Source: an uncultured Anaerolineae bacterium
Lineage (GTDB): Bacteria; Chloroflexota; Anaerolineae; JACIWP01
Direction of reading: 5' to 3'
Assembly (NCBI GenBank): GCA_938049385.1
Contig: CALIBQ010000044.1
Span: 1,680-65,679, forward strand
Length of the DNA stretch: 64,000 nt
Shown: piece after piece, positions 29,061-39,015 of the stretch
Position numbering within the stretch: the stretch's first letter is position 1
Layout of the letters: every line of letters starts with the position of its first letter
Notes under the pieces: model-generated
Told to the model about the DNA's origin: nothing
What the model saw: only the letters and a program-made list of their open reading frames with translations
Databases searched by the model: none
Program-made: the position numbers and the translations under genes

Positions 29061-30482
29061 TCAGAATGCTCCGCGCCCGCGGATGACCGCGCCGATGGTC
29101 TTGATGAGGATGTGCAGGTCCAGCCAAAGCGAATAATTTTTGATGTAGTACAGGTCGTCCTCGGTGTGCAGGTGCATGGGACGGTCGGCGCGGCCGCTGA
29201 TCTGCCACCAGCCGGTGATGCCGGGCGGGACGGAGAGCCGGCGGCGTTGCCAGGGCTCGTACTGCTCGACGATGCAGGGAAGCTCCGGCCGCGGCCCCAC
29301 CAGGCTCATCTCGCCCTTCAGCACGTTGAAGAACTGCGGCAGTTCGTCCAGGCTGGAGCGGCGCAGGAAGCGGCCCAGCCGCGTCACGCGCGGGTCATTG
29401 GGGAGTTTATGGATGGGTTTGCCGTCATCGGTGTACTGAATGACCTCATGAAGTTGGTGTTCCGCACCGTCCACCATGGTGCGGAATTTGTACATGAGGA
29501 ACGGCCGGCCGTTCTCCCCCACGCGCCACTGCTTGAAGATGACCGGGCCGGGGGAATCCAGCTTGATGGCCAGCGCGATGAGCGCCATGATGGGGGCAGT
29601 GATGACGATGAGCACGGCTGAGAGGAGCACGTCGAAGATGCGCTTGACCAGCCGGGTGTAGCCGTTGATGGCCGGCGCCCGCAGGCTGATGATCGGCATC
29701 CCGTCAATCTCTTCCACTTCGGTGCGGGCGAAGGCAAGGTCAAAGAGGTCTGGCACGACCTTGACCTCCACTGGGAGCTTCTGCAGTTCCGTCACCAGAT
29801 TGATAAGCCGGTGATGCGCCCGCAGTGGCAGGGCGAAAATGACCTCATGGATGTTCTGCTCCTGGACGATGTTGCAGACCGTATCCAGCGGGCCGAGCAC
29901 CGGCACCCCTTCGTACTCGCAGCTCCATTTCTCCGGGGCGTCGTCCAGGAATCCCACCACTCGGGCCATGGGCCAGCCGCGGCTGGAGTGGATGGCGCGC
30001 GCCAGGTCCTGCCCCACTTTGCCGGCGCCCAGGATAAGCACCCGCAGGGGGTCCTGATCGCGCCCCATGCGGATGTAAAAGAGCGTGCGCATCAACACCC
30101 GAAAGCCGATCAGAGCGATGAGGTCGAAGAAAAAGAAGTAAACGAAGAGCAGGCGGGGCACAGTGCGGTAGGTGAGGTACAGCACGCCGGCGAAGGCGGC
30201 TGTGGCGGCCAGCACTGCCACCGCGACCGACTGCAGTTCCTGCGTCAGGCTGGCCATTTTGCGGTGGGAATAGACGGAGAGCGTATTGAAAAAGAAGACC
30301 CACAGCACCACGACCAGTACATAGACCACAGGAGATAATTCCGCCGCCTTGGGGTGTGCGATCTCCGCGCCAAAGGGCCAGGATAACCGGGCCAGACGCG
30401 CCAGCGACAGGGCGATAACCGTCAGAACGATGTCACTGGCTCCCAGGAAAAGGCGAAAATTCACTTCGGAATCGCGGGGCAC
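29061..30482 (-). CDS. Polyprenyl glycosylphosphotransferase (priming sugar transferase, WcaJ/WbaP family)
   Basis: N-terminal TMs, CoA-binding-like domain, KRIFD, KFRTM, DPRVT..G.FLR..SLDELPQ..NVL.GEMSLVGPRP. Confidence 0.93.
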   Translation of the reverse strand: MPRDSEVNFRLFLGASDIVLTVIALSLARLARLSWPFGAEIAHPKAAELSPVVYVLVVVLWVFFFNTLSVYSHRKMASLTQELQSVAVAVLAATAAFAGVLYLTYRTVPRLLFVYFFFFDLIALIGFRVLMRTLFYIRMGRDQDPLRVLILGAGKVGQDLARAIHSSRGWPMARVVGFLDDAPEKWSCEYEGVPVLGPLDTVCNIVQEQNIHEVIFALPLRAHHRLINLVTELQKLPVEVKVVPDLFDLAFARTEVEEIDGMPIISLRAPAINGYTRLVKRIFDVLLSAVLIVITAPIMALIALAIKLDSPGPVIFKQWRVGENGRPFLMYKFRTMVDGAEHQLHEVIQYTDDGKPIHKLPNDPRVTRLGRFLRRSSLDELPQFFNVLKGEMSLVGPRPELPCIVEQYEPWQRRRLSVPPGITGWWQISGRADRPMHLHTEDDLYYIKNYSLWLDLHILIKTIGAVIRGRGAF

Positions 30483-30519
30483 CTCTCACCCTCCTTGCCG
30501 CTGCTGCACGGTGTGCGTA

Positions 30520-31305
30520 TCACCACAGAGGCAGGGGATGTTTGCTGAACAGCCGCATTATACTCCTGAGATGAATCCACGTCAATCGGTTGAAGGGGCC
30601 GCGCGCGCTCTCGCGGCGGTGGTGATGGATGATACGGGCGGTGGGGACGTAGTACACCGACCAGCCGGCGGCGTGCGCCCGATAGCACCAGTCAATGTCC
30701 TCGTAGTACATGAAAAAGCCCTCGTCCAGCGGCCCCACCTGCTCCCAGGCCTGCCGGCGGATGAGCAGACAGGCCCCCAGCACCCAGTCCACCTGGCGGG
30801 GCGTCTCATGGTCCCAGTCGCTCATCAGGTAACGGCACAGGCTGGGATGATGCGGGAATATGCGGTGCAGGGGAGTGCCGCGCAGGATGACGCCCAGCAG
30901 GTTGGGGAATTCCCGGCAGGAGGTCTGTATCTCCCCGTCCAGGCCGATGAGCTGTCCGCCAGCCGCGCCGGCGTCGGGATGCTCTTCCATGAACCGCACC
31001 AGCTCGTCCAGCGCGCCGGCCTGCACCTGGGTATCCGGGTTGAGCAGGAGGATATAGCGTCCGCGAGCACGTGCGATGCCGCGGTTGTTGCCGGCGGCAA
31101 AGCCCAGATTCGCCGGGTTCTCCAGCACCTGCACCTCTGGGAACTCGCGCCGGATGCGCGCCGGCGTCCCGTCGCCGCTGGCGTTGTCCACCACCCATAT
31201 CTCGGAAGTCCCCAGGGTGAAGGGATAGCGCCGGAGGGACTGCAGGCATTCGACCAGCAGGTCTGGCGTGCGGTAGTGCAGGATAATGATGGAAAGGTCA
31301 ATCAT
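30520..31305 (-). CDS. Glycosyltransferase family 2 (WbbL/rhamnosyltransferase-like)
   Basis: VVDNASGD, NLGFAAGNN, LLLNPD, DEGFFMYYEDIDW. Confidence 0.9.
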   Translation of the reverse strand: MIDLSIIILHYRTPDLLVECLQSLRRYPFTLGTSEIWVVDNASGDGTPARIRREFPEVQVLENPANLGFAAGNNRGIARARGRYILLLNPDTQVQAGALDELVRFMEEHPDAGAAGGQLIGLDGEIQTSCREFPNLLGVILRGTPLHRIFPHHPSLCRYLMSDWDHETPRQVDWVLGACLLIRRQAWEQVGPLDEGFFMYYEDIDWCYRAHAAGWSVYYVPTARIIHHHRRESARGPFNRLTWIHLRSIMRLFSKHPLPLW

Positions 31306-32485
31306 CCGCCGGCGCTCTCCCGGGACGAAGCAGTTCATCCAGGACGGATTCGAGCCGCGCTGTGTTGGCCTGCGCGTCGTGCCGCGTCAGGGCGACCTCC
31401 CGGCCGGCCCGAGCGAGGCGTGCCCGCAGTTCCGCGTCCGCCAGAAGCGCGCCAATCTGCGCGGCTAGGTCGTCGGGGTCGCCAGCGCGGAAGTGCAGTC
31501 CGGTCTCCCCATGGCGCACCAGTTCTTGGGGGCCGGAGTGGTTCGGCACCACGACGGGGGTGCCGGCCAGCCAGGCCTCCGGGATGATGAGGCCGGCGCC
31601 CTCTGGGCCGGCGGAGGCCAGCACCACCACATCGGAAGCGGCCAGCAGTGCCGGCACATCCTCTATCCATCCTAATAGACGCACACTGTCCCCAAGTTGG
31701 TACGTCTCGATGCGCCGACAGATGTCCTCTTTGTAGGATTGGTACATAGTGCGGGGGATGTCGCCGGCCAGGCAGAAATAGGCGCGGGTGCCGGCCTGCT
31801 GGAGCCGATGCGCGGCTTCCACCAACGTGTCCAGACCCTTCTGCGGCACCATGCGCGCCACCGAGGCTACGATGGGCCAGGGTTCGGTCAGGCCGTACTG
31901 CTGGCGCACGCCGGCGGCACGCGCCTCCAGGTTCTCGAAGCGCCGGCGATCCACCCCATCGTAAATGACGCGAATCTTGCCTCCGACGTGCCGGAAATTG
32001 GCAATGGCTACCGCGTAGGTAATGGTGATGATGCGGTCGGCCATGAGCGAGATATAGCGGTACAGGGAGCGCGTCAGCCAGCGCGGGGAGGTCCATATCT
32101 CGCGGATGTGCCAGACGTTCGGGACTCCGCTGAGCCGGGCGGCCAGCGCACCCACCGGGATGGCGCTGGAATTGGTGTACACCAGCGCGATGTGCTCCTG
32201 GCGGATCAGGCGCGTGAGCTGGAGCGTGCTGGCGATAAAGCGCCGGCCAAACTCCCATATGTCCCGCGGGCTGGAAAGCCGCTCCAGCCGACATAGGTCG
32301 AGGTAGATGATGTGGGCGCCGGCGGCCTCCAGATCGCCTACCAGGGGACCCGGATGCGGGAGCACCACCAGCGGGGTAAAGCGGCGCTGGTCCAGGTTCT
32401 GGACAATGGTCAGCAGGCCCATATCGGCGCCGCCGTACTCGGAGCGGGAGTTCAGGAACAGAATGCGTTTTGGCTCGCTTTCCAT
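31298..32485 (-). CDS. Glycosyltransferase family 4
   Basis: GT-B: VWHIRE, VIYDGVD, VARMVPQKG, EGAGLIIPEA...G.PVV. Confidence 0.9.
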   Translation of the reverse strand: MESEPKRILFLNSRSEYGGADMGLLTIVQNLDQRRFTPLVVLPHPGPLVGDLEAAGAHIIYLDLCRLERLSSPRDIWEFGRRFIASTLQLTRLIRQEHIALVYTNSSAIPVGALAARLSGVPNVWHIREIWTSPRWLTRSLYRYISLMADRIITITYAVAIANFRHVGGKIRVIYDGVDRRRFENLEARAAGVRQQYGLTEPWPIVASVARMVPQKGLDTLVEAAHRLQQAGTRAYFCLAGDIPRTMYQSYKEDICRRIETYQLGDSVRLLGWIEDVPALLAASDVVVLASAGPEGAGLIIPEAWLAGTPVVVPNHSGPQELVRHGETGLHFRAGDPDDLAAQIGALLADAELRARLARAGREVALTRHDAQANTARLESVLDELLRPGRAPADD

Positions 32486-34068
32486 TATGCTACCTCATGG
32501 GAAGCAGGGTCAGGGGCGGAACGGCGCGCCAGCCTGGCGGCTGTAACGATCATGGCGATATAGAACCACTGATAGGTGAAGTGGAAGGAATCCGCCATGG
32601 TGAGGCGGGCCATGAGGGCCAGGAAGCCGGCCAGCAGGCCGAGGGACGCCATGCGCATGAAGCGGTCGCCCCGCCGGCGCCACAGCCGGATGGCCTCGAT
32701 CCCCTCCAGGACTACGGCGATGACCAGCCATACGAAGGCCAGCAGGCCGGGGATGCCCGTCTCGGTCAGGAAGCGCAGGATGATACTGCCGCTCATCACA
32801 GGAAAAGCATCTGGATAGGCATCGGTGATGGCCTTCCCCCAATCCGGCATGTAATCGTAGAAGAAAAAGCCGTAGTTGCCGTAGCCGACGCCCCAGGGGC
32901 GGTCCAGGAACATGGCCCAGGAGGCGGCGATGGCGGTGGTGCGGTGGATGTTGCCGAAATTTTCCTCCTGGAAGGGAGAGATGAAGCGGTCACTGACCGC
33001 CTGGAGCAGGGAGGCCTGCTCCGTCACGGGCATCTGCGACAGGATGAGGCTGATGATCACAATGACAACGGCGACGCCGGCCAGGGCAGTGCCGGCGCGC
33101 GCCAGAAAACGCGGGGCGAAGACCAGCACGACCATGCCGCCCACCAGTACCGCCAGGTAGGCACTGCGGGCGAAGGTCAGCAGGAGCGCCAGGCCGGCGG
33201 CCCCCAGCGCCGCCCACAACAGCCACTGCCAGCGGCGGTCGCGCACCGCGCGGCCGGCCAGCAGGGCGAAGATCAGCGGGATGGCCCCGCTCAGGAAATC
33301 GCCGAACCACACCGGCTCCGAGGCGACGGACCAGATGCGCAGGAAGCGTCCGCCGGCCAGCGGGATGGCCCACTGCCGCGAGGCCCCGAACGATGCGCTT
33401 TGCGGAAACGGGTCTACCCCCGGCCAGCCCAGCGGGTAGGCGATGAACTGGTAGATGCCGTACAGCGACACCGCCAGGGTGGAAAGGATGAGGACGACAA
33501 CGGCGCGCCGGAACAGCCGGCGGTCCTGCACGGTCAGCACTACCACCGCATACGTGACGACCATGAGCAGGAACTGCGCGATCTGCTTGGCACTGCGGAT
33601 GTAGCGCACCTCGCCGCGATATTCCCCGGGCGGCACCTGGGCGGAGAGGAAGAACGATGCCGCGATGGCCAGCGTCAGCAGGAGGACGGCGGTATGCACC
33701 CGCGAACGCGGCCACCACAGCGGGCGTGCCCGGCGCAGTGCGCGGCAGAGCAGGAGCAGAGCTGTGAAGGCCAGGGCGGCGTAATTGGCCTGGAGGCTGA
33801 AGCCCATCTCGAGGAGGGAGAAGCGCGTCGCCGGCATCAGGAAGACGAAGGCCAGGAAAGCCCATTCGACAGGGCTTCGGCTCCGCAGGGAAAGCCATAT
33901 GCCGGCGGCCAGCACTGCCAGCCCCAGCAGGCCAAGGGCCAGGGCCAATTGGGGCACGGGGAGCAAGGCCAGCGCCAGCGCCGCGACCAGCGCGCCGGCC
34001 ATCAGCATCGCCTGCCAGAGCGGAGGATGTTCTGCCAGCCAGGAACGTGCGCTCTCCATCAGGGTCAT
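32485..34068 (-). CDS. O-antigen ligase/polymerase (Wzy_C) family membrane protein
   Basis: About 12 TMs, RIWSVASEP, LTFARSAY, DRPWGVGYGNY, LTETGIPG. Confidence 0.8.
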   Translation of the reverse strand: MTLMESARSWLAEHPPLWQAMLMAGALVAALALALLPVPQLALALGLLGLAVLAAGIWLSLRSRSPVEWAFLAFVFLMPATRFSLLEMGFSLQANYAALAFTALLLLCRALRRARPLWWPRSRVHTAVLLLTLAIAASFFLSAQVPPGEYRGEVRYIRSAKQIAQFLLMVVTYAVVVLTVQDRRLFRRAVVVLILSTLAVSLYGIYQFIAYPLGWPGVDPFPQSASFGASRQWAIPLAGGRFLRIWSVASEPVWFGDFLSGAIPLIFALLAGRAVRDRRWQWLLWAALGAAGLALLLTFARSAYLAVLVGGMVVLVFAPRFLARAGTALAGVAVVIVIISLILSQMPVTEQASLLQAVSDRFISPFQEENFGNIHRTTAIAASWAMFLDRPWGVGYGNYGFFFYDYMPDWGKAITDAYPDAFPVMSGSIILRFLTETGIPGLLAFVWLVIAVVLEGIEAIRLWRRRGDRFMRMASLGLLAGFLALMARLTMADSFHFTYQWFYIAMIVTAARLARRSAPDPASHEVA

Positions 34069-35555
34069 CGCGACCCTCCTGTGCCGGCGCCACTGCTGGG
34101 GCGCAGGGCGGCCCGCGGCCGGAGCAGTGCGGCGAACTGGCGCAGTTCACTGGCTTCCACCAGGCCCAGCGGCCGCAGCGTGGCGAGGTACAGAAGGCCG
34201 GCGGCGGCCAGTCGGAGCAGTACCGACCCAGCCGGCCATAATATGATGATGACAGCCGCCGGCAGGGCGCCGGCCGCCAGCCGTAGGAGCGGGCCGGCGA
34301 AATTATATGTCCCCAGGCCCCGGCTGACGTAATAATATCCCACGGCGAAGGCGACCACCTGCGCGGCAAGCATGGCGACAGCGGCACCGGTGGCGCCAGC
34401 GCGAGGGATGAGCCAGATGCCCAGGGCCAAGTGCGGCACCAGGGAAATGGCCAGGCTGATGGCCTCAAAATGCTGTTGCCCGAGCGCCGTCAGCAGGTAC
34501 TTGAAGGTGTAATTAGGGAACATGAAGACCAGCGACCAGACCATCAGCGCCAGTGCCGGCGCCGCGCCGCGGTACTCAGCCCCGAAAAGCAGTACCACGA
34601 TAGGTTCGCTCATCATGGAGGTGAGCACGGCGACCGGCACAGTCATGATGAGGAAGTACTTGAATATCTTCTGGTACAGGGCCAGCGCGCGCTGCCGCCC
34701 CTCGGCGTCGCGGGTCAGGTTGGAAAGCGCCGGCAGGAGGCCGGCCATGAGGCTGTCGGGCACGATGTTCATGCGGGAGATGAGCCGGTAAGGAGCGCCG
34801 TACAATCCCAACTCCAGCGCGGTTTGCAGAATCTGGAGCAGGAAGGTGTCGAGCTGGCCGTCCAGCGTGCGGAAGCCTGTGGAAAAAAGCAGGGGGAGCG
34901 ACTCCCGGAAGAAGTAGCGCAGGCGCGGCCACTGCACCTGCCAGGCCGGCCGGGCGAACTTCCACCAGACGATGATACTGCAGAAGATGAGCTTGATGGT
35001 GAATGAAAGCACCTGGAACCAGAAAATGGACAGGAAGCCCCAGCGCAGGATCATGACCAGAATCACGCCGGCCAGGAACACGCCGCGCTCGATGAACACC
35101 GAGATTGCCAGATATTTGGTGTCCTCGAAGGCGGTGAAGACGCTGGCGAACAGGTTGGCCAGCACCTGAATGATGGACGCCAGGACACTGATGTAAACCG
35201 CTGTCACGACCCCGGCTTCGCGGGTGAAGAGCGGTAGGAGCAGGACGGAGAGAAGCGCCGCCAGGATGGTAAAGACCGCCTGAACCACCAGGGCATGGGT
35301 CAGGTTCTCGCCGGCGCGCGGGCGGTCGCGTGCCGTCTCGCGGATGAGGATACTGAAGGTTCCGCCGGTCGCCAGTGTACCGATGAAGAGGGAATAGGCC
35401 ATGACGAAGGCGTAGCGGCCAAAGCCCTCGGCCCCCAGATAGCGGGTGATGAGCAGGACGGTGATGACGTTGGCAGCCAGGCCGATAAGGCGCGAGAGGA
35501 AGATATAGCCGGCGGTGGCAACGGAACTGCGTCCGACAGGGGTCTCTTCTGCCAT
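34065..35555 (-). CDS. Polysaccharide flippase (Wzx/MOP family)
   Basis: TRYLGAEGFGRY, LGLYGAPYRL, LLFGAEY..AAPAL; many TMs. Confidence 0.9.
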   Translation of the reverse strand: MAEETPVGRSSVATAGYIFLSRLIGLAANVITVLLITRYLGAEGFGRYAFVMAYSLFIGTLATGGTFSILIRETARDRPRAGENLTHALVVQAVFTILAALLSVLLLPLFTREAGVVTAVYISVLASIIQVLANLFASVFTAFEDTKYLAISVFIERGVFLAGVILVMILRWGFLSIFWFQVLSFTIKLIFCSIIVWWKFARPAWQVQWPRLRYFFRESLPLLFSTGFRTLDGQLDTFLLQILQTALELGLYGAPYRLISRMNIVPDSLMAGLLPALSNLTRDAEGRQRALALYQKIFKYFLIMTVPVAVLTSMMSEPIVVLLFGAEYRGAAPALALMVWSLVFMFPNYTFKYLLTALGQQHFEAISLAISLVPHLALGIWLIPRAGATGAAVAMLAAQVVAFAVGYYYVSRGLGTYNFAGPLLRLAAGALPAAVIIILWPAGSVLLRLAAAGLLYLATLRPLGLVEASELRQFAALLRPRAALRPSSGAGTGGSR

Positions 35556-35570
35556 CTCTGCCAACTCTAA

Positions 35571-37280
35571 CTAATCCAGGTATCCCAGGCCGCGTAGGCG
35601 CTCTTCCAGGATAGCCCGTTCCTCTTCGTTGTAGAGGTCGCCGCCAGCCGGGGTCTCCCCGCTCTCGATGGCATCGAAGTAGCGCACTGTCGGCAGGGCC
35701 TCGAACAGCTCCGCCAGCACTCGCCCGTCCAGGCCGCGCGGCACGGCACAGCCGGCCAGGTGCAGGATGGTCGGCGCCATGTCTATGATTTCCGCGCCTT
35801 CGAGTGCACGGCCGGCGGCGATGCCAGGCCCCTCCACGAACAGCATACCATAGAGCCGGTGCGTGCCGTTGGGCAGGTATTCCCGCAGGAGCTCCTGGCG
35901 TGACATGGTGTAGATGCTGACCGGGCCGGGGCTGGTGTGGCTGGGCCGCACTCGGTAATAGGGGTCCTGCCGGGGGATGAGGATGATATCGGGCGCCCGC
36001 TCCAGCTCCGTGCCGTGGTATATCTCTTCCCGCAGGCCGGCATATTCGATGACCGCTTCGCCGGTGAGAGGGTCCTTCCATTCGTGCAGGCGCTCCAGGA
36101 TCTGTCGGCGCAGTTTCTCATACTCGGCGCCGGGCTGGACAGTGCCCTGCGGCTCACGGCCGGCGAGGTTGATCCAGATGCTCTCCTGATACTCGTCCGC
36201 GTAGGCGAGGGTGTGCTCCCAATCAATGAAGAAGAAAGCGGCTGGGTAGCGGATGCGCTGGTACCAGCGCGGCGCCAGGCGCTCCAACGCGGTCTTGAGC
36301 CGCTGGGGCACCATCTGGCGCAGGCGTTCCCAGGCCGTGCGCCACACCAGCCGGCCCAGGCCGGCCGCGCTCTGGGGTGCGGCCGGCTGGCGTCGGAACC
36401 TCAACCAGCCCTGCTCCGCCAGCCAGTTGTTCAGGTAGATGACCTTGTCGCTGGTAGGGCCGAAGCCGTGATCCGACATGACGATGAGCACGTCCTCAGG
36501 GGAAAGGCGCCGGCGCACCTCCGCGACGAATTCATCCAGCCGCTGATAGACGCGCAGGATGCGGTCGCCGTATCGGCCGGCGCCGGCGGGGTCGTACTGC
36601 GGATGGGCCGGCTCCATGAACTTCCAGAAATGGTGCTGGACGCTGTCCGTGGCGCGGAAGTTCACGGCGAAGACGTCCCATTCCCCGTGTTCCAGGAGAT
36701 AACGCGTCGCGGCGATCTGGCTCTCCATGTGGCGCTCGATCTTGTCCCACAGCGCGTCATAGCGGTAGGTGCGTGCCTCTTCCTCCAGCGTTGGCTCGAT
36801 GATGTATTCCCCCAGCCGGCGGAGCAGTTCCTCCTTCAGTTCCGGCGGGTAGGTGTAGGCGCTGTCCTCGCCCGGCGTGTCCATGCCGGAGACTATGAAG
36901 CCGTCCAGCGGCTCGGGCGGATAGGTCATCACCAGGTTGACTATGCCGGCCCGGCGCCCCTGCTCGTTCAGCATGCGCCAGAGGGGCTTGCCGCGCCGGT
37001 CCGCCCCGCACACCAAGCGCGATTCGTAGGTGCCGGAGATGTGCTCTTTGAAGTAGTAGATGCCGTGCCGGCCGGGGTTGTTGCCAGTGACGAAGCTGGC
37101 CCAGGCCGGCGCGCTCACCGGCGGGATGGTGGACTTCATACGGCCGTACGCGCCGCGTTCCAGCATGCCGGCCAGCGCCGGCAGTCTGCCCTCGCGCGCC
37201 CAGCGGACGGCCAGCTCAAACACCGCACCGTCCCATCCGAGCACCACTACCTTCCGTTTGGTCAGCTCGCCGTCTGCCAT
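35571..37280 (-). CDS. Alkaline phosphatase superfamily protein (nucleotide pyrophosphatase/phosphodiesterase-like), paralogue 1
   Basis: LGWDGA, STIPPVSAPAW, D..QH.FW, SDHGFG, GTHR..G; C-terminal ERLRGLGYL. Confidence 0.88.
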   Translation of the reverse strand: MADGELTKRKVVVLGWDGAVFELAVRWAREGRLPALAGMLERGAYGRMKSTIPPVSAPAWASFVTGNNPGRHGIYYFKEHISGTYESRLVCGADRRGKPLWRMLNEQGRRAGIVNLVMTYPPEPLDGFIVSGMDTPGEDSAYTYPPELKEELLRRLGEYIIEPTLEEEARTYRYDALWDKIERHMESQIAATRYLLEHGEWDVFAVNFRATDSVQHHFWKFMEPAHPQYDPAGAGRYGDRILRVYQRLDEFVAEVRRRLSPEDVLIVMSDHGFGPTSDKVIYLNNWLAEQGWLRFRRQPAAPQSAAGLGRLVWRTAWERLRQMVPQRLKTALERLAPRWYQRIRYPAAFFFIDWEHTLAYADEYQESIWINLAGREPQGTVQPGAEYEKLRRQILERLHEWKDPLTGEAVIEYAGLREEIYHGTELERAPDIILIPRQDPYYRVRPSHTSPGPVSIYTMSRQELLREYLPNGTHRLYGMLFVEGPGIAAGRALEGAEIIDMAPTILHLAGCAVPRGLDGRVLAELFEALPTVRYFDAIESGETPAGGDLYNEEERAILEERLRGLGYLD

Positions 37281-37285
37281 GTCCG

Positions 37286-39007
37286 TTATCCCAGGTACCC
37301 CAGGCCGGCCAGTTTTTCCCGCACCAGCTCCTCTTCTTCCTCGCTGTAGCCCAGGCGCTCGGCGGGACCGCCGGCACCCCAATCGCGGTACTGCACTTCT
37401 CCCGGCCGCTCCAGCGCTTCCACCAGCACGCGCCCGTCCATGTGGGATGGCACGGGCAGTCCCATCAGGTGCAGGATAGTGGGGGCGATGTCCATGATGG
37501 AGGCGTTATGCAGTTGGACGCCGGCCTTGATGTTGGGGCCGGCCAGCAGGATGATGCCTTCCGAGCGGTGCAGGCCGGGGGGCAGGAAATCCTCCAGCAG
37601 TTCCTCGCGGGAGAGGGTCTGCACGGGGTCCGGCCGGCGGGCGGTATGGCTCAGGCGCGTGCGGTAGTACGGCTCCTCGCGAAGCTGAACGAAAATATCC
37701 GGCGCCTGTTCCGCGTAAGGGCCGTGATACAGCTCCTCGCGGAGATAGACGCGCTCCACGATGTGTTCGCCCGTCTCGGGGTCAATCAGCGATTCACTCA
37801 ACCGGCGGGCGATTTCTCGCCGTAGGCGCTCATATTCCTCGCCGGGCGAGACGATGCCCTGCGGCTCGCGCCCGCGCAGGTTGACCCAGATAGCCTCGCG
37901 GAATTCGTCGGAATAGGCCTGCGTGTGGGCCCAGTCAATGGCGAAGTAGGACGCTGGCGAGCGGGCGCGGTCGTACAGGGTAGGGAAGAGCCGGCGGATC
38001 GTGTCCTTGGTGCGCTTGCCCAGCCACTTGCGCAGGTAGTGCCAGATGCTCTTCCACAGGAAGCCCATCAGGCCGGCGCGCAGGCGGCCGGCGAGGGAGC
38101 GAGAGCGTTCGCCGACGAAGGTCAGCCAGCCCTGCTGGGCCAGCCAGCGGTTAAAGTAGACGGCTTTGGCGCTGGCCGGGCCGGCGCCGTGGTCGGAGAC
38201 GAGGATGAGCGCCGCCTCGGCATCGAGGCGCCGGCGGAGCACGCCGATCCACTCGTCCAGCCGCTGGTAGACGCGCAGGATGCAGTCCCCGTAGCGGCCG
38301 GCGCTCTGCGGGTCGTACAGCGGGTGCGCCGGGTCCAGGAAGTGCCAGAAATGGTGCTGGATGTTGTCTGTGGCGCGGAAATTGACCACGAACAGGTTCC
38401 AGGGCTTGGTGGCCATCAGGTATTCCACCGCTTTGAAGCGCTGTTCCATAGCATGCATGATGGCCTGGAAGGCGGCATCATAGCGCCCGCGGCGGGTGTG
38501 CTCCACCAGTCCCGGCTCGATGATATATTCCCCGATGGCGGATTCCAGCTCTTTCGCCAGTTCCGGGGGGTAGGTATACTGACTGCCTGTGCCCGGGGCG
38601 TCCACGCCGGCGATGACGATGCCGTTGACGCGTTCCGGCGGAAAGGTCATGGCCACGTTGACGGCAATGCTGGATTTGCCGGCGTCGCTCAGGATGCGCC
38701 AGATGGTAGGCGCTTTCACGTCGGCACCGCTGACCAGCCGCGCCTGATAGCTGTTCGGGACATGTTCCTGGAAGTGATAAATGCCGTGCTTGCCCGGGTT
38801 CACACCGGTCATGAAAGAGACCCATGCCGGCGCGCTGATGGGCGGTATCGTGGATGCCAGCGGACCGTGGGCGCCCTCTGTCAGCAGTTGGGCCAGGTGG
38901 GGCAGTTTCCCCTGGCGCACCCACGGCGTGATCAGGTCCCAGGTCGCGCCGTCCAGTCCGACGACCATGACGCGCCGGACGGCCGGCGGCGGTACATCTG
39001 TCATCAT
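37286..39007 (-). CDS. Alkaline phosphatase superfamily protein, paralogue 2
   Basis: VGLDGA, STIPPISAPAW, DNIQHHFW, SDHGAG, GLHRSEG; C-terminal EKLAGLGYL. Confidence 0.88.
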   Translation of the reverse strand: MMTDVPPPAVRRVMVVGLDGATWDLITPWVRQGKLPHLAQLLTEGAHGPLASTIPPISAPAWVSFMTGVNPGKHGIYHFQEHVPNSYQARLVSGADVKAPTIWRILSDAGKSSIAVNVAMTFPPERVNGIVIAGVDAPGTGSQYTYPPELAKELESAIGEYIIEPGLVEHTRRGRYDAAFQAIMHAMEQRFKAVEYLMATKPWNLFVVNFRATDNIQHHFWHFLDPAHPLYDPQSAGRYGDCILRVYQRLDEWIGVLRRRLDAEAALILVSDHGAGPASAKAVYFNRWLAQQGWLTFVGERSRSLAGRLRAGLMGFLWKSIWHYLRKWLGKRTKDTIRRLFPTLYDRARSPASYFAIDWAHTQAYSDEFREAIWVNLRGREPQGIVSPGEEYERLRREIARRLSESLIDPETGEHIVERVYLREELYHGPYAEQAPDIFVQLREEPYYRTRLSHTARRPDPVQTLSREELLEDFLPPGLHRSEGIILLAGPNIKAGVQLHNASIMDIAPTILHLMGLPVPSHMDGRVLVEALERPGEVQYRDWGAGGPAERLGYSEEEEELVREKLAGLGYLG

Positions 39008-39015
39008 GCGATCCC

